A stretch of 63,296 bases of DNA, the filler included, from Desulfonatronovibrionaceae bacterium (GTDB taxonomy: Bacteria; Desulfobacterota; Desulfovibrionia; Desulfovibrionales; Desulfonatronovibrionaceae): the NCBI GenBank assembly GCA_046539845.1. It is 3 parts of 3 records of this genome, joined end to end, with 100 filler letters (N's around TTAATTAATTAA, not from the genome) between each part and the next. Parts side by side here need not be neighbours in the genome. Positions count along the whole stretch, not along the records: positions 48,746 to 63,296 come from JBKHGE010000048.1; 2 more parts are not named here. One strand, written 5' to 3'. Below are positions 58,621 through 63,296 of the stretch, piece after piece. The translations under genes and the position numbers were made by a program. The notes beneath the pieces were generated by a model. That model made no database searches and was not told the DNA's origin. It worked only from the letters and a program-made list of their open reading frames with translations. Each line of letters opens with the position of its first letter. Positions within the stretch are counted from its first letter, which is position 1.

Positions 58621-59838
58621 ATGCGTTACGAACTTGTCTGTCCCCGCTGCGGGGCACCAATTAGCCTGGATGAAGCTGAGCATATAATCGACTGTCCCTA
58701 CTGCCGGGTAAAACACCTCCTTACCAACCCCGGTCACCTCACCTGCCGCATTCCGCCCCGCGTGGAAAAGGACCCGCAGGAGACTGTATACGTCCCTTAC
58801 TGGCATTTCCGGGGTTTGACCTTTGCCATGCACGGGCCGGAAGTAAGGCATCGCATCTTGGACATAAGCTCCCTGGCGGTCCCGGTCCGGGAACTGCCCT
58901 ATTCTCTGGGAATGCGCACCCAGACTCAGCCCCTGCACTTCATCCCTCCGGAGACAAAGGGCTTGTTTGTCCCCCCCAAACTCCGGAAGCATTCCCTTCT
59001 CCGGCGGGCCGCCTCCAGGACCCTGGGACTGGGGCCGGAACTGGACTCACCGCCCATGCAGAGTAACATCGGGAAAATGACCCTCCTTGTCTACTGTCCG
59101 CTGCACATAAATAAAGACAAAATGCTCGACGGACTGACCGACCGGGAAATCCCCGGTCTTTCTTCCCGGGAACTGATTGTTGGCGCTGTTGACCACCCCG
59201 GCGGACTGCCCGGGTTTCTGCCCGCTCTATGCCCGCACTGCGGCTGGGACTTGAGCGGGGACAACTCCAGTTTTCTCCAGTACTGCACAAACTGTAGACG
59301 CATGTGGACATGGGTCAAAAACAGGCTCATTGCCGTAAGATTCTCTTTTGCCGGCCGCGCCCCGGCTGGCACAAAAAGGCTGCCATTCTGGGAGATCGAG
59401 GTGAAGAATTCAGACATGGAGCTTGACAGCCGGAAAACCCTTGCGAGCCTAGCCGGTCTGCCCCGGATCAAAGGGGATAAAGAGCGCCTTAAATTCATGC
59501 TCCCTGGATTCAAACTCAATCCTGGCCTGTTTCTCCGCCTGGCCCGGCAGAGCACCATGTTTGAATTTTTTAAAGCAAAAAACCGGGATTTTTGGATCGG
59601 GGACTTTCTGCCCTGCACCCTGCCTCTTGACGAGGCCTATCAAGCCGTGATCCCGATTTTGTATGACTTGGCCACGGACAAGAGAAAAATGCATTCCCTC
59701 CTCTGCCGGAGCAAATTCAGTTTGATCCGCTGCCGGGCCGTTTTCGTCTCGTTCGAGGAAAAGGGCTGCGAAATGATCCAGCCGGATATGAACCTGGCCA
59801 TACCAACCGGAGCTGTCCATTTCGGACAGCATTTATAA
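58621..59838 (+). CDS. Zinc-ribbon protein (YdjG-like architecture)
   Basis: CPRCGAPI..CPYC, YVPYW, and a second ribbon CPHCGWDL..CTNC; ATG abuts the SPFH stop. Confidence 0.75.
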   Translation: MRYELVCPRCGAPISLDEAEHIIDCPYCRVKHLLTNPGHLTCRIPPRVEKDPQETVYVPYWHFRGLTFAMHGPEVRHRILDISSLAVPVRELPYSLGMRTQTQPLHFIPPETKGLFVPPKLRKHSLLRRAASRTLGLGPELDSPPMQSNIGKMTLLVYCPLHINKDKMLDGLTDREIPGLSSRELIVGAVDHPGGLPGFLPALCPHCGWDLSGDNSSFLQYCTNCRRMWTWVKNRLIAVRFSFAGRAPAGTKRLPFWEIEVKNSDMELDSRKTLASLAGLPRIKGDKERLKFMLPGFKLNPGLFLRLARQSTMFEFFKAKNRDFWIGDFLPCTLPLDEAYQAVIPILYDLATDKRKMHSLLCRSKFSLIRCRAVFVSFEEKGCEMIQPDMNLAIPTGAVHFGQHL

Positions 59839-59850
59839 AAGGAGGCAAAA

Positions 59851-60432
59851 ATGCTGCTCGGTATTGAAGGAAGCCCGCGCAAAAACGGGAACTCGCACAA
59901 GATGCTGGAGGCAGTCCTGGCCGGAGCCCGGAAAACAGAGTCCCGGGTGCAGGAAGTACACCTGCGCGACTACAGCTATGAACCCTGTGTGGGATGCGAG
60001 AAATGCAGAAAGGACAAAATCTGCACCCAGTTCCAGGACGGGATGACCCTTTTGTATCCCCAAATCCTGGAAGCAAAGGGCCTGGTCCTTATCACCCCGG
60101 TGCACAACTACAACGTGACCTCCTGGATAAAGGCGTTCATCGACCGTTTGTACTGCTTCTACGATTTCGCGGACACTCGGCCGCGGCAGTGGTCCAGCCG
60201 TTTGGCCGGACAGGATAAAAAAGCGGTTATCGCCGCCATTGCCGAGCAGGAGGACAAAAAGGATATGGGCTTTGCCCTGGACGCCATGCGCCTGCCGCTC
60301 ATGGCCCACGGATACGAAATAGTCGCCGAGATCCCGGTTCTGCACCTTTTCGACCGAGGGATTATTTCCAAACACGAAGATGTTTTGAAACAAGCTGAAC
60401 AAGCCGGAGAAAAACTGGCCGGAAGTATATAA
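59851..60432 (+). CDS. Flavodoxin-like iron-sulfur flavoprotein / NADPH-dependent FMN reductase family
   Basis: GSPRKNGNS, CVGCEKCRKDKIC, TPVHNY, KAFIDR. Confidence 0.9.
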   Translation: MLLGIEGSPRKNGNSHKMLEAVLAGARKTESRVQEVHLRDYSYEPCVGCEKCRKDKICTQFQDGMTLLYPQILEAKGLVLITPVHNYNVTSWIKAFIDRLYCFYDFADTRPRQWSSRLAGQDKKAVIAAIAEQEDKKDMGFALDAMRLPLMAHGYEIVAEIPVLHLFDRGIISKHEDVLKQAEQAGEKLAGSI

Positions 60433-60647
60433 ACTTACTGGTGAAACTCAGATGAAATGGGGGTGGGACGAAGCCCTATAAATTATCCTGATCAAGTCTT
60501 CAGTATAAATTGATTATGCCATGGTCTTTGCAAAAAAAATTAAGATCGCCTTTGGCTAAGTAATTCTTATTCGGAAATTCAAAACAGCGGCTGGCTTGCA
60601 GACGGTTCAAAATCGAGCCCGGCTTTGCGGCCAAAAAGGAGTTTTGC

Positions 60648-60980
60648 ATGTTTAAAAGACACAGTACTGAAGGATATGTTCACTTAAAGGAAGGAGTGAA
60701 GCAGAAGACCCTTGCTTACGGAAAGGATACGCTGCTCTCGGAATTCAGGCTCAAAAAAGGAAGCATCGTCCCTGAGCACGCACATCCTCAGGAGCAGACC
60801 GGATATCTGATCCTTGGAAGACTCAAGCTCACCACGAATGAAGAAAGCTTTGTGGCCCTTCCAGGTGACAGCTGGTCCATCCCCGCGGATGCCGTGCACG
60901 GGGCGGAAGCCCTGGAGGATTCCCTGGCGGTGGAGGTCTTTTCCCCGCTTCGAGAGGACTATCTCCCAGAAAACCAATAA
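60648..60980 (+). CDS. Cupin domain protein
   Basis: PEHAHPQEQTGY, PGDSWSIP..VHGA, EVFSPLREDY. Confidence 0.9.
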   Translation: MFKRHSTEGYVHLKEGVKQKTLAYGKDTLLSEFRLKKGSIVPEHAHPQEQTGYLILGRLKLTTNEESFVALPGDSWSIPADAVHGAEALEDSLAVEVFSPLREDYLPENQ

Positions 60981-60996
60981 AAAGAAAATCCTTCCC

Positions 60997-61919
60997 ATGC
61001 ATCTGCTTCCGCGCAGCAAATACGCCTTGACCCTCCCGGCCTTGAAAAGGGTTAGTATCAACAATCTTTTCGCCCGGTTTGTGGTGGAAAGGCACGTCCG
61101 AGGCAAGGTTTTTGTGGACGACATTACCGCGCCCCGGGCGTTTTACGTCGTCCATCCGTATGGAATGTCCCTGCTCTTCGGGGAAATTGACAACGGTTTT
61201 TTACAATTCGGACTACGGGATTATCTGCTCGGGAAAAACGGCCTGCGGGAAACAGGTGAATTTTTGCAGGTCTTTCCCGCGAAACTAGAAGGGAAGATCG
61301 ATGCGGCTCTGGGCCCCAGCCTGGGCACGGCCGATGAAAGCAGAGAACCGGCGGTCCCATCCCGGGCGGTAATAAAACACAAACGGATCAATTTTATATT
61401 CGTCCCGAAAAAATACGCCCGGGCAAGAAAAGATTTAAACCTTAAGAACCACGACTTCCAAAGGGCCAACGAAAACGCGTTCTCTGATATCTCCGGCAGC
61501 GTTGTCCCTAAAAAATTCTGGGACAGCGCTTCGGATTTTCTGGATAAGGACGTTGGGTTCTCCCTTATCGTGGACGGCCGGCGGCGATCTCCTTTTCCTC
61601 GTTCGTCCACGACCATATACTGGAGCTGGGAATGGAGACCTTGCCCGAGTTCCGCAGGGCGGGGCTGGGGACCGCTGTAACCGCCAAACTCATCGACTAC
61701 TGCCTGGAAAAAAACCTGGAACCGATCTGGGCCTGCAGGGACGGCAACCAGGCCTCATACAAGCTGGCGATAAAACTCGGCTTTGAACCGATTGCTTATC
61801 TGCCGTATTATGAATTAAAAAACATAAATTCCATCGCCCCGGATAGAGGACCATCCTGTCTTTCTCCGGCATCCGGCCGTACATCATTCGTATACCGGCA
61901 ACAAAAGCCCGGGGGGTGA
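60997..61919 (+). pseudogene. GNAT family acetyltransferase split by a frameshift near 61578
   Basis: Frame 1 reads ...VGFSLIVDG; the shifted frame continues PAAISFSSFVHDHILELGMETLPEFRRAGLG...PIWACRDGNQASYKLAIKLGF (acetyl-CoA motif). Confidence 0.8.
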
Positions 61920-61967
61920 AAATCTCCAGCCCGCTTTTCGCCTGGAGCAGACAAAGGAGGACCCGGC

Positions 61968-62882
61968 ATGAAAGTCACGCTCGATCTGGACAAGCTCCTG
62001 GAAGAGGACCACATCACCCAGGAGGAATACCACAGGCTCAGCCGGTTTGCTGCCCGCGGCACGTCTGTTCTTGCCTTCAATCTTTTGATCGGGTTCGGTG
62101 TGGTCGCGGTCAGCGGGGCCGCGCTTGCCCTCCTCCCCTCTCCGGTCACCGCAATTGTACTCGGATTGAGCATCTGCTCACTCGGAGTCGGACTTTTGTT
62201 TCTCCGCCGCGCGCACTGGAAGGTGCTCGCCAATATCTGCATCCTCGTAGGCGCCCTCCTGTTCGGAGGGGGGGCAATCACGGCCGGTGAGGGATCGCCC
62301 GGGTCCTTTCTTCTGGTAGCGGCAGTGTATGCAACCGCAGGTATCCTCGCTCGCAGTTCTCTGCTGGCTGTACTTTGCGTACTCGCCCTTGCCTCCTGTT
62401 TGGGGGCCAGGACTGGGTACTACCATGCCGCCTACTTTTTGGGCACAAAAGAGCCCGCTTGGACTGTTGTCCTGTTTACTGCCTTCAGTATTGGAATTTA
62501 TCACCTGTCCAAACGTATACCCGCTGCCTACCAGCCGATGGCCGTGGTTGGCTCGCGCACCGGGGTATTTCTGGTCAACTTGGGCTTCTGGATCGGCTCC
62601 CTGTGGGGGGACCGGATACTGGACAAGAATATGGTCATCCCGGACTGGATATTCGCTCTTTTATGGGCGCTTGCCCTGCTCACTGCCGGCATCTGGGCCT
62701 GGAGGCGGAATCTGCGGACGCTTCTCAATATAGCCGCGGTTTTTGGGGCCATACATTTTTACACCCAATGGTTCGAGCGACTGGGTGCATCAGCCGAGGC
62801 CGTGCTCATAGCCGGGCTGCTGGCACTTGGGTTTGCCTTCGGGCTCAAAGCCCTGAATACTAGGCTGGGCAGATCTGAATAA
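61968..62882 (+). CDS. Polytopic membrane protein of unknown function
   Basis: AAGGAGG RBS; N-terminal LDKLLEEDHITQEEY followed by about 10 hydrophobic segments. Confidence 0.8.
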   Translation: MKVTLDLDKLLEEDHITQEEYHRLSRFAARGTSVLAFNLLIGFGVVAVSGAALALLPSPVTAIVLGLSICSLGVGLLFLRRAHWKVLANICILVGALLFGGGAITAGEGSPGSFLLVAAVYATAGILARSSLLAVLCVLALASCLGARTGYYHAAYFLGTKEPAWTVVLFTAFSIGIYHLSKRIPAAYQPMAVVGSRTGVFLVNLGFWIGSLWGDRILDKNMVIPDWIFALLWALALLTAGIWAWRRNLRTLLNIAAVFGAIHFYTQWFERLGASAEAVLIAGLLALGFAFGLKALNTRLGRSE

Positions 62883-62949
62883 ACCTGAATAACAGCTGCG
62901 TATGCCGCTAGTCCCCAGGAGGGGCAAATACACATCCCTGGGGGAACTA

Positions 62950-63296
62950 ATGGCTTCAACCTTTCTAATTTGTCTGCTTACTCTTACCGCCTCAGGCATC
63001 GGTACGGCCACCGGATTCGGGACCTCCACGGTGATGATCCCGGTTATGATCATGTTTCTGCCCTTTCCTGCGGCCCTTCTCTTTGTGGGGGTCATTCATC
63101 TGTTCGGAGACATATGGAAAGTGATCCTCTTCCGCCGGGGTTTGGACTGGAAACTGCTTTTGGCCTTTGGACTGTCCGGGATCGCAGCCAGTTTTGCCGG
63201 GGCCTCGCTTTCCCTGCACTTCCAGCAACTCCCGCTCAAACGCATCCTGGGGGGGTTTTTACTTCTCTACGTATTCTATCTCTTGCTCAAACGGAA
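62950..63296 (+). CDS. TauE/SafE (TSUP) family permease, partial (runs off the window)
   Basis: MASTFLICLLTLTASGIGTATGFGTSTVMIP...IHLFGDIWK...FGLSGIAASFAGA; no stop before the window end. Confidence 0.8.
   Translation, partial: MASTFLICLLTLTASGIGTATGFGTSTVMIPVMIMFLPFPAALLFVGVIHLFGDIWKVILFRRGLDWKLLLAFGLSGIAASFAGASLSLHFQQLPLKRILGGFLLLYVFYLLLKR

Overview
This window is a moderately GC-rich bacterial scaffold, most likely from a sulfate-reducing Desulfovibrionales-type deltaproteobacterium. That assignment is inferred from the System I* ccm operon with CxxxY CcmE, the periplasmic CbiK, the PxxKW protein and the ddl-waaA-kdsB-carA-ftsY gene order. It consists of three contigs (1-24820, 24921-48645, 48746-63296) joined by artificial N-TTAATTAATTAA-N linkers, so adjacency across the gaps is unproven. 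Most content is housekeeping: ftsY/carA/kdsB/waaA/ddl, hypCDE, znuACB+zupT, a cobalamin-riboswitch cbiK-ABC operon, LPS glycosyltransferases and gmhB, ccmEFABCDI-guaBA-tatBC-hisB-hisA, mnmG, tRNA-Val and ald. Several features are missed or split by the ORF track: a selenocysteine (UGA) HesB/IscA-like gene with a SECIS-like hairpin, ccmD, a frameshifted GNAT gene and a partial TauE/SafE gene. Non-coding features include a 52-bp dispersed repeat, degenerate MITE-like copies, nested IS remnants and a ~140-nt rod-like structure. The best candidate for an undescribed system is a six-gene TonB uptake operon (50364-57262). It couples a secreted ~600-aa DxDxDG-repeat protein and an exported FmdE-type metal-binding protein to ExbB/ExbD/TonB and a TonB-dependent receptor. 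All product calls come from motif recognition; no database searches were run.
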